Assembly (NCBI GenBank): GCA_003455995.1
Contig: DMPO01000001.1
Coordinates: 14,945-78,944 of the forward strand
Source of the DNA: Candidatus Azambacteria bacterium
Lineage (GTDB): Bacteria > Patescibacteriota > Minisyncoccia > UBA10092
Direction: 5' to 3'
DNA length: 64,000 nt
Shown: positions 9,830 through 19,383 of the stretch, piece after piece
Position numbering within the stretch: position 1 is the stretch's first letter
Layout: every line of letters starts with the position of its first letter
Notes under the pieces: model-generated
Seen by the model: only the letters and a program-made list of their open reading frames with translations
Databases searched by the model: none
Told to the model about the DNA's origin: nothing
Position numbers and translations under genes: made by a program

Positions 9830-10186
9830 CTATGGGCGCGAATAACTTAATATAATATAAACCCAAAAACCGGCGCATAACAAACTCAAAAATATAATCT
9901 GCCATGTTTTTTTGTTCAATTCTTTTCTTGAAAAACCGGATTTTACCAAAATCCAAAAGATAAACAATGTAAATACAAAAAAAGAAAACGATTTCAAAAA
10001 CACCCCTTGCGAGAAATTAAGACGGGATAAAAATCGCGCTTGATACGGAATATATTCATTTATCAAAGTAGCCGGATATGACGCCAACAATAACACGATT
10101 ATCCTGTTTCGTCCAACGATAAGCCCATACAAAAAGACCGCGGTAAAGAGAAATAAAAGCAATAAAATTTCGTTATTTAAGCTCAT
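9830..10186 (-). CDS. Hypothetical membrane protein (possibly 3'-truncated)
   Basis: Four hydrophobic segments; overlaps the dnaJ stop. Confidence 0.6.
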   Translation of the reverse strand: MSLNNEILLLLFLFTAVFLYGLIVGRNRIIVLLLASYPATLINEYIPYQARFLSRLNFSQGVFLKSFSFFVFTLFIFWILVKSGFSRKELNKKTWQIIFLSLLCAGFWVYIILSYSRP

Positions 10187-10787
10187 CGCGCAATTTTTCC
10201 AACAATTCCCGCGCTTTGCCGGATAAATTCTTGGGCATTTTTATATTCACCACAAAAATTATATCACTATTCTTGCCGTGATGCACCAAGGCCTCGCCGT
10301 TTTGGACCCCGGCGGGGATCTTTAATTTTATTCGTTCCCCTCTTACCAATACCTCAATATCGCCGCCGAGCGCCGCGGTTGCAAAATCCAAATTCAAAGT
10401 TGTTTGGACGGTTGATCTGGCTCGGCTGAAACCGCCGAAAAAATCATTAAACCCGCTGCGTCCGCGACTGCCTCTAGCGGAGAACCCGAATAATTCTTCC
10501 AGAATATCGGAAAATCCGCCGATATCTTCGAAACCGCCAAAATTTTCCCAACCCGGCGGCGCTCCGCCGGGAGCGCCGGAAAATGTTTGCCCGAATCGAT
10601 CGTATTGCTGTCTTTTATCTTTATGACCCAAAACCTGATACGCTTCGTTTATTTCTTTGAATTTTTTGTCTTCCCCGCCGCTTTTGTCGGGGTGATGCTG
10701 ATGCGCCAATTTTCTATAGGCCCGCTTGATTTCATCATCGGACGCGCCTTTGTTTACGCTTAAAATTTCGTAATAATCTTTCGGCAT
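10173..10787 (-). CDS. dnaJ: Short DnaJ/CbpA-like chaperone without zinc finger
   Basis: J domain with HPD, G/F-rich linker, shortened C-terminal domain; follows dnaK. Confidence 0.85.
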   Translation of the reverse strand: MPKDYYEILSVNKGASDDEIKRAYRKLAHQHHPDKSGGEDKKFKEINEAYQVLGHKDKRQQYDRFGQTFSGAPGGAPPGWENFGGFEDIGGFSDILEELFGFSARGSRGRSGFNDFFGGFSRARSTVQTTLNLDFATAALGGDIEVLVRGERIKLKIPAGVQNGEALVHHGKNSDIIFVVNIKMPKNLSGKARELLEKLRDELK

Positions 10788-10791
10788 TTAA

Positions 10792-12687
10792 TTATTTTTT
10801 CTCTTCTTCAGGTTTTGTATTTTGGTTTTGGTCATTGGGATTTGTTTCGGATTTAGGATTTTGGTCATTAGAGTTTTCCGCCGCTGGTGGATTATACATT
10901 GCCTCGCCGATTTTTTGAATTTCTGTTGATAATTCCTGCGACGCTTTTTTAATTGCTTCTATATCATTATTATCTTTTGTTTTTTTCAGTAATTCTATTT
11001 TTTCTTCAATCAATTTTTTGTTTTCCGGTTTTATTTTATCGCCCGCATCTTTAATCGCTTTCTCCGACATATAAATAAGCGACTCGGCGGAATTTTTGAT
11101 TTCAATCTCCTCTTTTTTCTTGGAATCCTCTTGCGCGTGAATTTCCGCTTCTTTTTTCATTTTTTCCACTTCCTCCTTTGACAGGCCGGTCGAGGCGGTA
11201 ATGGTTATTGCTTGCTTTTTGCCGGAGGCCTTATCAACAGCCGAAACATTCAAAATGCCGTTGGCGTCAATGTCAAAGGTGACTTCAATCTGGGGCACGC
11301 CCCGCGGCGCCGGCGGAATGCCGTCCAAAATGAATTTGCCGAGCGTTTTGTTGTTGGCGGACATCGGCCGCTCTCCCTGAAGAACATGAATTTCCACCTG
11401 TGGCTGGTTGTCGGCCGCCGTTGAAAAGACCTGCGTTTTGGCGGTCGGAATCGTTGTGTTTTTGGCAATCATCGGCGTGGCGACATTGCCCATTGTTTCA
11501 ATGCCCAAAGTAAGCGGGGTAACATCCAAAAGCAAAATATCCTTCACATCCCCCTGAAGCACGCCCGCCTGAATCGCGGCGCCGAGCGCCACCACCTCGT
11601 CGGGGTTAATGCCCTTGTGCGGCTCTTTTCCGAATAAATTCTTTACCGCGTCGGCAACCGCCGGCATTCTGGTCTGACCGCCGACCAAAACAATCTCGTC
11701 AATATCCGAAAGGGCAAAATTTGCTTCTTTTACGGCCTGCTTGGTGAGTTCAATAGAAGTGGCAATAAAATCATGGACCAATTCTTCCAGTTTCGCTCGC
11801 GTCAGTTTAATAATAAAATGCTTCGGCCCGGAAGCGTCGGAAGTGATGAATGGCAGATTAATTTCCGTTTCCATAACCGTTGAAAGTTCGTGCTTGGCTT
11901 TTTCCGCCGCTTCCTTAAGCCGCGACAGGGCCATCGAATCCTTTGATAAATCAATCCCCTGTTCTTTTTTATGCGCGTCAACCAGATAATTGGTGATTCT
12001 TTGGTCTAAATCGTCGCCGCCCAGATGGGTGTCGCCGCCGGTCGCCTTTACTTCTATGGTGTCGTCGCCGATTTCCAGAACCGAAACATCGAAAGTGCCG
12101 CCGCCGAAATCGTAAACCACAATTTGTTCCGATTTTTTCTTGTCCAGCCCATACGCCAAGGCCGCGGCCGTCGGTTCGTTGATGATTCTCAAGACCTTCA
12201 ACCCGGCGATTTCTCCGGCGTTCTTGGTCGCCTGTCGTTGAGAATCGTCAAAATAGGCCGGCACGGTAATGATGGCCTCGGTGATTTTCTCGCCCAATTT
12301 TTCTTCCGCGTCCTGTTTCAATTTTTGCAGAACCATTGCCGAAATTTCTTCCGGCCGATACCACTTGCCGGATATATTTATTTCCACGCCGCCCGAACTT
12401 GATTGCTGAATTTTATAGGGCAGCCATTTTTGGTCGCGCGCAATTTCCGGGTCGTTCCATCTGCGGCCGATAAGCCGCTTCATCGAGAAAATGGTGTTTT
12501 CCGGATTGACCACCGCCTGCCGTTTCGCTAAAAGCCCGACTAACCGTTCGCCGTTTTTGGCCGTCGCCGCCATCGAAGGCGTCGTTCTGTTGCCTTCCTT
12601 ATTTTCAATTATCTTCGGTTCACCGCCCTCAACAATCGCCATCGCCGAGTTTGTCGTTCCTAAATCTATACCAAGTATCTTGCTCAT
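10792..12687 (-). CDS. dnaK: Chaperone DnaK
   Basis: [26 protein letters not shown] motifs. Confidence 0.98.
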   Translation of the reverse strand: MSKILGIDLGTTNSAMAIVEGGEPKIIENKEGNRTTPSMAATAKNGERLVGLLAKRQAVVNPENTIFSMKRLIGRRWNDPEIARDQKWLPYKIQQSSSGGVEINISGKWYRPEEISAMVLQKLKQDAEEKLGEKITEAIITVPAYFDDSQRQATKNAGEIAGLKVLRIINEPTAAALAYGLDKKKSEQIVVYDFGGGTFDVSVLEIGDDTIEVKATGGDTHLGGDDLDQRITNYLVDAHKKEQGIDLSKDSMALSRLKEAAEKAKHELSTVMETEINLPFITSDASGPKHFIIKLTRAKLEELVHDFIATSIELTKQAVKEANFALSDIDEIVLVGGQTRMPAVADAVKNLFGKEPHKGINPDEVVALGAAIQAGVLQGDVKDILLLDVTPLTLGIETMGNVATPMIAKNTTIPTAKTQVFSTAADNQPQVEIHVLQGERPMSANNKTLGKFILDGIPPAPRGVPQIEVTFDIDANGILNVSAVDKASGKKQAITITASTGLSKEEVEKMKKEAEIHAQEDSKKKEEIEIKNSAESLIYMSEKAIKDAGDKIKPENKKLIEEKIELLKKTKDNNDIEAIKKASQELSTEIQKIGEAMYNPPAAENSNDQNPKSETNPNDQNQNTKPEEEKK

Positions 12688-12719
12688 AGTTTTTTATTAA
12701 TTATTTTAATTATTAATTG

Positions 12720-12860
12720 TTTAATTAAATTTCGACGCTTAATTTTCAATTTCTAATTTTCAATTTTCAATCAATGCTTCAATTTTCTAATGTTTTAATT
12801 TTGAAAATTAATTCATTGGAAATTCACTGGAAATTGAGAATTGAAAATTGGTAATTTTTA
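12720..12860. repeat. AT-rich heptamer array in inverted arrangement (AATTTTC... / ...GAAAATT)
   Basis: Tandem degenerate 7-mers that switch to their complement; similar array at 29020-29135. Confidence 0.65.
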
Positions 12861-13328
12861 TTTGTATACTTTCACCTTCGCCGGCCTCAAAACCTCGCCT
12901 TTCATTAAATATCCTTTTTGTTTTTCTTCCGCCACTACGCCCGATTCATCTCCATCAACCGATTCCATCGCCTCATGTTTCAACGGATCAAACTTCTCTC
13001 CAGCTACTTTCATTGCTTCTACCCCATTCGCTTTTAAATAGTCTTCCAGCTGTTTTTTGATGCTCTCGATGCCCGCGTCCAAAGTTCCCGCCCTGTCAAA
13101 ATTATCCATAATTTCCAAAAGGGGCAAAATAAACATTTTCGACATCCACTCTTTTATTTCTCTTCCCTGTTGCTCCATATCCTTCTTCAAGTTGAGGTAA
13201 TCGGCCTTGGCGCGCTTCCATCCGTTCAGATACTCCTCGGATTGTTTTTTGCATTGTTCCAGCTCGCTTAATTTAGTTGTTTCACCCTGCGGGTGACCAC
13301 CCGAAGGGTGGTTATTTTCTTCGTTCAT
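12858..13328 (-). CDS. grpE: Nucleotide exchange factor GrpE
   Basis: RAKADYLN, FDPLKHEA, GY...LRPAKVKV motifs. Confidence 0.95.
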   Translation of the reverse strand: MNEENNHPSGGHPQGETTKLSELEQCKKQSEEYLNGWKRAKADYLNLKKDMEQQGREIKEWMSKMFILPLLEIMDNFDRAGTLDAGIESIKKQLEDYLKANGVEAMKVAGEKFDPLKHEAMESVDGDESGVVAEEKQKGYLMKGEVLRPAKVKVYK

Positions 13329-13731
13329 AATTGTTAAATATTTTATCTATTAAAAATTTTCTTAAAAACTCTTCGGACATTTCAGGAAAAATTTTTGAAG
13401 CGCATTCTCTGACCTGCAATGACGCGCTGATTAAATTGGAAACGGAATTTTCAAATTTTAACGCTTCCGCTTCTTTTATAGAAGATGGTTCCCAAACCTC
13501 TTCCATAAAATAATGCCAGCCGTCGGCCGTGGGCACCCGGCCTCCGGAAGTGTGCGGTTTGGTCAAAAATCCCAACTCCTCCAAAAAAGCCAAATCGTTT
13601 CTTATTGTGGCCGAACTGACATCCAAATCATAATTTTCGGCTAAAAATTCGGAACCGATCGGCTTCGCCGTCTTGATAAATTCCCCCACAACGATCACAA
13701 ATATTTCTTTGGGCCTGCCTTCTAAGTTCAT
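13312..13731 (-). CDS. hrcA: HrcA-like repressor, essentially the N-terminal wHTH only
   Basis: PIGSE, SSATIRNDL..LE..G.L.KPHTSGGRVPT; only 139 aa. Confidence 0.85.
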   Translation of the reverse strand: MNLEGRPKEIFVIVVGEFIKTAKPIGSEFLAENYDLDVSSATIRNDLAFLEELGFLTKPHTSGGRVPTADGWHYFMEEVWEPSSIKEAEALKFENSVSNLISASLQVRECASKIFPEMSEEFLRKFLIDKIFNNYERRK

Positions 13732-13753
13732 GATATTTAGAACTCTATCAGAG

Positions 13754-13780
13754 TTGGCAATGTTTCGTCAAGAGTGCCAA
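13754..13780. promoter_or_regulatory. CIRCE-like operator upstream of hrcA-grpE-dnaK-dnaJ
   Basis: TTGGCAATG-N9-GAGTGCCAA versus consensus TTAGCACTC-N9-GAGTGCTAA. Confidence 0.75.
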
Positions 13781-13867
13781 CATTGCCAATTTGTTGCCGA
13801 GGAGGAGGATATGTTAAAATAATTTGTATTATTAATGAATTTCATAAATATCTAACAAAAAAATAAA

Positions 13868-14761
13868 ATGAAAACTATAACCGAAAATGGATTAACTTGG
13901 ACCGATATTGAAAAGCCGACTAAAAAAGACCTTGATTGGCTGAAAAACAGTTTTAATATTCATACCATTGTTTTGGACGAGTTAATCCCCGCATCCCAAA
14001 GGGAGAAGGTTGAATATTTTGACAACTATATGTTTTTGGCGATGCATGTGCCGGTTTTCCATCAGACGAAAAAAACTACCAAGCCGATTGAACTGGATTT
14101 TTTGATCGCCGAAAATCATTTGATAACAATTCATAACGAACCGATTGAACCGCTCAAGGATTTCCTCAAAAAATGCGAAAACAAGCCCGAATTGAAATCC
14201 AAGTATTTCAATTCCACAACCGGACATTTGTTTTACTTTATCAGCGAAGAACTGCTTAATTTCGCTGAAAGGCAATTAGTACATATCGGTAAAAATATCA
14301 ACCAAGTCGAAGACGATATGTTCAAGGGCGCGGAACGGGAACTCATCAGAGACATCTCGGTCATCAAGAGAGATGTTTTGGATTTCCGAGTCGCCATCAG
14401 ACCGCTTTGCAGGATATTTCATTCCTTGGCGAATCGGGGAATAAATTTTTGGCCGGAAAAAAGCGAAGATTTGAAAATTTATTTCAACGACCTCATCGAC
14501 GATTACGAAAGAGTGTGGAATGAAATAGCCAACTACACCGACACCATCAACGCTCTGGAAGACACGCACACTAATCTGTTGAGCCACAAAACCAGTACCA
14601 TTATCAGAACCTTCACCATCCTATCTTTCATCACTTTTCCGGCGATGCTGGTCGTCGCCGTTACCCAAATGAATCCGGCCGATTTTTGGATTGTGGCCAT
14701 AACCATTCTCTTTACAACGACATTTATGTGGGTGTATTTTAAGACCAAAAAATGGCTTTGA
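13868..14761 (+). CDS. corA: CorA-family Mg2+/divalent cation transporter
   Basis: WTDIEKPT, cytoplasmic domain, two C-terminal TMs with QMN in place of GMN. Confidence 0.8.
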   Translation: MKTITENGLTWTDIEKPTKKDLDWLKNSFNIHTIVLDELIPASQREKVEYFDNYMFLAMHVPVFHQTKKTTKPIELDFLIAENHLITIHNEPIEPLKDFLKKCENKPELKSKYFNSTTGHLFYFISEELLNFAERQLVHIGKNINQVEDDMFKGAERELIRDISVIKRDVLDFRVAIRPLCRIFHSLANRGINFWPEKSEDLKIYFNDLIDDYERVWNEIANYTDTINALEDTHTNLLSHKTSTIIRTFTILSFITFPAMLVVAVTQMNPADFWIVAITILFTTTFMWVYFKTKKWL

Positions 14762-16149
14762 AATTCTACAATTTTCTTACCCGTAAAAAAGAAAACTTTA
14801 AGTCCTTGCGCCCCAAGCAAGTTGGTTTTTACGCTTGCGGGCCGACGGTTTACGACTACGCGCACATCGGCAATCTGCGGACTTATATTTTTGAAGACAT
14901 TCTGAAACGAACACTGGAATATAACGGCTATAAAGTTAATCACATAGTAAACATCACCGATGTGGAAGATAAGATTATCCGCGAGTCGCAAAAAACCGGT
15001 AAATCCATCGCCGATTTCGTCAAGCCCTATGAAAAAGCGTTTTTTGAGGACTTGAAAAAATTGAACATAGAAAAAGCGCAAAAATATCCGAAAGCGACGC
15101 GGCATATTAAAGAAATGATAAAAATTATCGAGGCGCTTCTCAAAAAAGGATTGGCTTATGAATCCGACGGTTCAATTTATTTTGATATTTCCAAATTCTC
15201 CGCCAAAGGCGGATCCGCCTCTGTCGGAAAGTACGGAAAATTGAGCGGTCTGAAGAGCCGGGAGCTAAAGGCGGGCGCGCGAGTTGATGTCGATGAATAC
15301 GACAAGGCAAGCGCCGAGGATTTTGTTTTGTGGAAAGCCCCAAAGGAGAGCAATCTCCCTACTTGGAGCGCGTCTTTCGGCGCCGGCCGCCCCGGTTGGC
15401 ACATAGAATGTTCGGCGATGTCCATGAAATATCTGGGCGAAACATTCGATATTCACGCCGGCGCCGTTGATTTGCTGTTCCCCCACCATGAAAATGAAAT
15501 CGCCCAGTCCGAAGGAGCGACCGGCAAACCGTTTGTAAAATATTTTATTGAAGGCGAACATTTGTCGGTTAACGGCGAGAAAATGTCCAAATCCTTGGGC
15601 AATATATTCAATCTCCACGATTTGGAAGCGAAAAAATTCGATCCCCTCGCCCTTCGTTATTTGGCGCTTACCGCCCACTATCGTTCAAAACTGAATTTCA
15701 CTTGGGAGTCGCTCCAATCCGCCCAAAACGCGCTATCTAATTTAAGAGACTTAATTGTTAATCTGAAAAACCAACCGCGTAGCGATGTATTAATACATGA
15801 TAACCAAAAAATCGTTAACCGATTTAAGAAAAAATTCTTGGGCCGCATCAACAACGATATGGAAATGCCGGCCGTCGTGGCGCTTTTATGGGAAGTGGTA
15901 AAATCCGAAAAATTAAGCCCCAAAACAAAATACGATTTGATAATTGATTTTGATAAAGTTTTTGGGTTGAATCTCGGCAAAATAGAAGTTAAAAAAATTC
16001 CGGTGAAAGTTTTGCAATTGGCAAAAGAACGCGAAAAATATCGTCAAGCAAAAAACTTTGCCAAATCCGATATCCTCCGCAAAAAAATAGAATCCCTCGG
16101 CTGGCTCATTGACGACTCCTCCTCCGGCCCGAAAATAAAAAAGAAATAA
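14752..16149 (+). CDS. cysS: Cysteinyl-tRNA synthetase
   Basis: CGPTVY, HIGN, GRPGWHIEC, KMSKS motifs. Confidence 0.97.
   Translation: MALKFYNFLTRKKENFKSLRPKQVGFYACGPTVYDYAHIGNLRTYIFEDILKRTLEYNGYKVNHIVNITDVEDKIIRESQKTGKSIADFVKPYEKAFFEDLKKLNIEKAQKYPKATRHIKEMIKIIEALLKKGLAYESDGSIYFDISKFSAKGGSASVGKYGKLSGLKSRELKAGARVDVDEYDKASAEDFVLWKAPKESNLPTWSASFGAGRPGWHIECSAMSMKYLGETFDIHAGAVDLLFPHHENEIAQSEGATGKPFVKYFIEGEHLSVNGEKMSKSLGNIFNLHDLEAKKFDPLALRYLALTAHYRSKLNFTWESLQSAQNALSNLRDLIVNLKNQPRSDVLIHDNQKIVNRFKKKFLGRINNDMEMPAVVALLWEVVKSEKLSPKTKYDLIIDFDKVFGLNLGKIEVKKIPVKVLQLAKEREKYRQAKNFAKSDILRKKIESLGWLIDDSSSGPKIKKK
15199..15228. repeat. Family A palindrome inserted in frame in cysS (SAKGGSASVG)
   Basis: TCCGCCAAAGGCGGATCCGCCTCTGTCGGA. 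Confidence 0.8.
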
Positions 16150-16177
16150 AAAAATCAGCATGCGCTGATTTTTTTGT

Positions 16178-16531
16178 CTAAAAACCATTTCTACCGAAAA
16201 TTAATTTAACTCCATTAAATAAACACATCAAATGCGAATGATTAATGCTCGAGCCGCAATAGTGTATGGGATTTTTAATTAAAGCACCTCTGATTCTGTC
16301 ATTAAAAATTACAACGTCATTTCGATTTCCAACCACATCGATGTCGTGAACTGTCCAACCTCTCTTGTTAAGGCCGCCAACTATTTCTATGTTCAAATCT
16401 TTAATATGCCATCCCAAATCTTTTTTATAAAGTTTCTCCCATTTTCTATTTAGTAAAAACATAAAAATTCTTTTTCCCAGCAAGTGAGATATCATTTCGC
16501 AAAAGATACATCTTCCTCTCTTTTGTGCCAT
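16178..16531 (-). CDS. Hypothetical protein with nucleotidyltransferase-like motif
   Basis: IVGG...GWTVHDIDVV resembles G[GS]...DxD; RBS AGGAGG upstream. Confidence 0.5.
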   Translation of the reverse strand: MAQKRGRCIFCEMISHLLGKRIFMFLLNRKWEKLYKKDLGWHIKDLNIEIVGGLNKRGWTVHDIDVVGNRNDVVIFNDRIRGALIKNPIHYCGSSINHSHLMCLFNGVKLIFGRNGF

Positions 16532-16609
16532 CCTTACACCTCCTCTTAAGAACTACAGAAATAATAACGCAAATGCCTATTTAATGTCAAAATAATTTGA
16601 TTTTTGAAT

Positions 16610-16643
16610 TTAACCTATTTCAACGATCGTTGAAATAGGTTAA
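16610..16643. repeat. Perfect 34-bp palindrome downstream of the PaaX/Cas2-like gene
   Basis: TTAACCTATTTCAACGA|TCGTTGAAATAGGTTAA. Confidence 0.9.
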
Positions 16644-16652
16644 TAGATGATT

Positions 16653-17198
16653 TTATAATAAATCAAATTTCGATTTGAGCCGGTCATCGTCCGCGATGGT
16701 TTTCGCTTCAATAAAATTTATATATGGCCCAATTTGAAAAATTTCTTCAATAAACTGAATTTCGTTTAAACAAGGGTATGGATGAACGAAAACGCTTTTG
16801 TGCAATTGGCAAAATCCCAATTCTTTCAATTTATCGCGCAATGCGTTGCGGGCCAATTTTTTCTTTTCCGGAATATCAAAAGTCACAATTCGCCAAATAC
16901 CGTCCCATCTCTTGGGTTTTTTAATTTCCAAGTTATCAAGCTCATATATTAGTAGTTTTTTCTTCCCTTTTTCGGTAATGGTAATTTTAGAAATGTTCCC
17001 ATCTTCCCTAAAATCAATCAACCTATCTCGTTTTAGAATTTTTAATGACTTTGTAAAACTATGTTTTTTGGTTTTAAACTTTTTAATCAACGGACTAAAC
17101 ATTATGGCCGAGCCAGGCAATATCATCGCGGTAGTTATAATAAAACCAGCGGCCAAAGCCAACAAAATTTGTTTTCCCACCTCGCCTTTTTTGTTCAT
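16653..17198 (-). CDS. PaaX-like regulator: wHTH plus Cas2-like ferredoxin fold
   Basis: ITEKG, WDGIWRIVTFDIPE, LKELGF..L.KSVFV.PYPC motifs. Confidence 0.8.
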   Translation of the reverse strand: MNKKGEVGKQILLALAAGFIITTAMILPGSAIMFSPLIKKFKTKKHSFTKSLKILKRDRLIDFREDGNISKITITEKGKKKLLIYELDNLEIKKPKRWDGIWRIVTFDIPEKKKLARNALRDKLKELGFCQLHKSVFVHPYPCLNEIQFIEEIFQIGPYINFIEAKTIADDDRLKSKFDLL

Positions 17199-17235
17199 AG
17201 TGATTTTTTATTACTTGTTATTCACACTGCTCCCA

Positions 17236-17269
17236 TTACACTATTCCAACGATCGTTCAAATAGTGTAA
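17236..17269. repeat. 34-bp palindrome (2 mismatched pairs) upstream of the PaaX/Cas2-like gene
   Basis: TTACACTATTCCAACGA|TCGTTCAAATAGTGTAA; shares the AACGATCGTT core. Confidence 0.85.
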
Positions 17270-17279
17270 ATATTTATTT

Positions 17280-17753
17280 TTAATCTTGTTTAATTAAGTG
17301 GTCTTTAATTAAATCATTGACCATTTTAATTTCGTCGGAGATGCCTTCAATAAGATCATAGTTTTTCAGTTCTTCAAAAGTTGCCCAAGCGTAGTTTATG
17401 CTTTCGTTGTCTAGTTTTATTTCTCCATTTTGATATGGGGCGTAAAAACTTAAAACAATAACCGGAACACCATCCGGTCTGATAAAAGTGATGTCGCAAC
17501 AATAACTCATTTTTCCGACTTCGATACCGGCCTCTTCTTTGATTTCGCGCCTTAAAGAATTTTCCAAAGCGTAATACCAATGATCGGATGTCGTTTTGGG
17601 AGTATTGATGTAATCGTCGGTAGACAGTCCCCCGCCCGGCACCGTCCATTTTCCCGGAAATGCCTTCTTGTTAAAACTACGCTGAAGCAAGAGAAATTTA
17701 CCATCTTTATGAATGATGCAAGTTGATGTTATCCTATGAAGTTCTTTGTCCAT
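17280..17753 (-). CDS. NUDIX hydrolase
   Basis: WTVPGG...LRREIKEEAG Nudix box. Confidence 0.9.
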   Translation of the reverse strand: MDKELHRITSTCIIHKDGKFLLLQRSFNKKAFPGKWTVPGGGLSTDDYINTPKTTSDHWYYALENSLRREIKEEAGIEVGKMSYCCDITFIRPDGVPVIVLSFYAPYQNGEIKLDNESINYAWATFEELKNYDLIEGISDEIKMVNDLIKDHLIKQD

Positions 17754-17878
17754 TTTATTTATCCGTTGGATCTTTTTTCATATTGCTTTAATACTACATC
17801 GACTTGCCACTATATACAATTCACAGGTTTTCAACTTTTTTATTTGCGGGAATTTTATCAAGCAACTATACTACTTTC

Positions 17879-17986
17879 TGAGATAGGGAAATGAAATTTT
17901 AAAATTCTAGGTGGGGGCGAGCCATTCCGAGCGGGACAGCGAGGAATGGGGCTAAGGAATTTTACAAATTTTATTTCCCTATCTCA
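17879..17986. mobile_element. MITE-like element with terminal inverted repeats
   Basis: TGAGATAGGGAAAT... / ...ATTTCCCTATCTCA enclosing a GC-rich core. Confidence 0.5.
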
Positions 17987-17993
17987 AATCACC

Positions 17994-19382
17994 ATGCCAA
18001 TAAAGACCTACAAAAAAGAAATAAAAAAATCCCTTCCGTTCAACCCCAATCAGTTGCCGCCGCAAGACATTGAAGCGGAACAATCGGTTTTGGGCGCTCT
18101 TCTCATAGACAAAGACGCGGTTATTAAAATCGCCGACATTATCACTGCCAAAGATTTTTATCGCCGAACGCATGAAATAATCTTCGAATCCATGATGGAG
18201 CTCTACGCCAAAAGCGAACCCATTGATCTTTTAACCGTCAGTAGCAAACTAAAAGAAAAAAAACAATTCAAAGACATCGGTGGCATGTCGTATTTGACGA
18301 CTCTCGTGAATTTTGTGCCGACCGCGTCCAATGTTGCACATTACGCAAAAATCGTTAATCAAAAAAGGGTCTTGAGAGATCTGATCAGCGCTTCCGGCGA
18401 GATCTCGGCTCTGGCGTGGAATGAAACCGGCAACATCGATGAGATTTTGGACGAAGCCGAAAAAAGAATTTTCGGGGTCTCACAAACATCGCTCATTCAG
18501 GAATTTCAGCATATCAAGCCGCATCTTACCGAAGCGTTCGAGAGATTTGACCGACTGCACAAAGGCGATGATGTCTGGCGCGGTATTCCGACCGGTTTTT
18601 TGGATTTGGACAAGCGGTTGGCCGGATTGCAAAAAGCCGATTTGATAATTCTGGCGGCGCGTCCGTCTTTGGGCAAAACATCGTTGGCGCTTGACATCGC
18701 CCGCCACGCGGCCGTTAATGAAAAAATGGCCGTCGGCGTTTTCAGTTTGGAAATGTCCAAACAGCAACTGATAGAACGGCTCATCGCCGCCGAAGCCAAT
18801 GTCGATCTGTGGCGGTTGAGAACCGGGCAATTGTCAGACGAGGGCAAAGATAATGATTTTGATCGAATAGGCCAAGCTCTCAACAGTCTGTCTTCGGCGC
18901 CGATTTACATAGACGACGCCGCCTCGCCGAATGTTCTGCAAATCAGGACCATGGCTCGGCGGCTGCAGGCGGAAAAAGGCCTCGATCTTTTGATCATCGA
19001 TTATTTGCAACTGATGCAGGGAACTGGGCGAATAGAAAACCGAACGCAGGAAGTCAGCGAAATTTCAAGATCCCTAAAAAATCTGGCGAGAGAATTGAAT
19101 ATTCCGGTGATGGCCCTGTCGCAACTTTCACGCGCGCCGGAGGCGCGCGTCGATCAGGTCCCGAAACTGTCGGATTTAAGAGAATCTGGCGCCATTGAAC
19201 AGGACGCCGATGTCGTGATGTTCATCTACCGCGAAGATAAGGCCAAGCCCAACAACGAGACCGATCGGAAAAATATCGCCGAAATTCATGTCGCCAAGCA
19301 TCGCAACGGCCCGACCGGAAAAACAGAATTGTATTTTAATGAAAATTATGTCAGTTTTAAAAACTTAGACAAATTACACTAA
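17994..19382 (+). CDS. dnaB: Replicative DNA helicase
   Basis: PPQDIEAEQSVLG, AARPSLGKT, IDYLQL, DLRESGAIEQDAD; start moved to MPIK. Confidence 0.97.
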   Translation: MPIKTYKKEIKKSLPFNPNQLPPQDIEAEQSVLGALLIDKDAVIKIADIITAKDFYRRTHEIIFESMMELYAKSEPIDLLTVSSKLKEKKQFKDIGGMSYLTTLVNFVPTASNVAHYAKIVNQKRVLRDLISASGEISALAWNETGNIDEILDEAEKRIFGVSQTSLIQEFQHIKPHLTEAFERFDRLHKGDDVWRGIPTGFLDLDKRLAGLQKADLIILAARPSLGKTSLALDIARHAAVNEKMAVGVFSLEMSKQQLIERLIAAEANVDLWRLRTGQLSDEGKDNDFDRIGQALNSLSSAPIYIDDAASPNVLQIRTMARRLQAEKGLDLLIIDYLQLMQGTGRIENRTQEVSEISRSLKNLARELNIPVMALSQLSRAPEARVDQVPKLSDLRESGAIEQDADVVMFIYREDKAKPNNETDRKNIAEIHVAKHRNGPTGKTELYFNENYVSFKNLDKLH

Positions 19383-19383
19383 T

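Noticed and set aside
512-17198. CRISPR-Cas system suggested by the Cas4-like and Cas2-like genes
   Set aside because: The genes are ~15 kb apart, and there is no cas1, effector gene or repeat-spacer array anywhere in the window.
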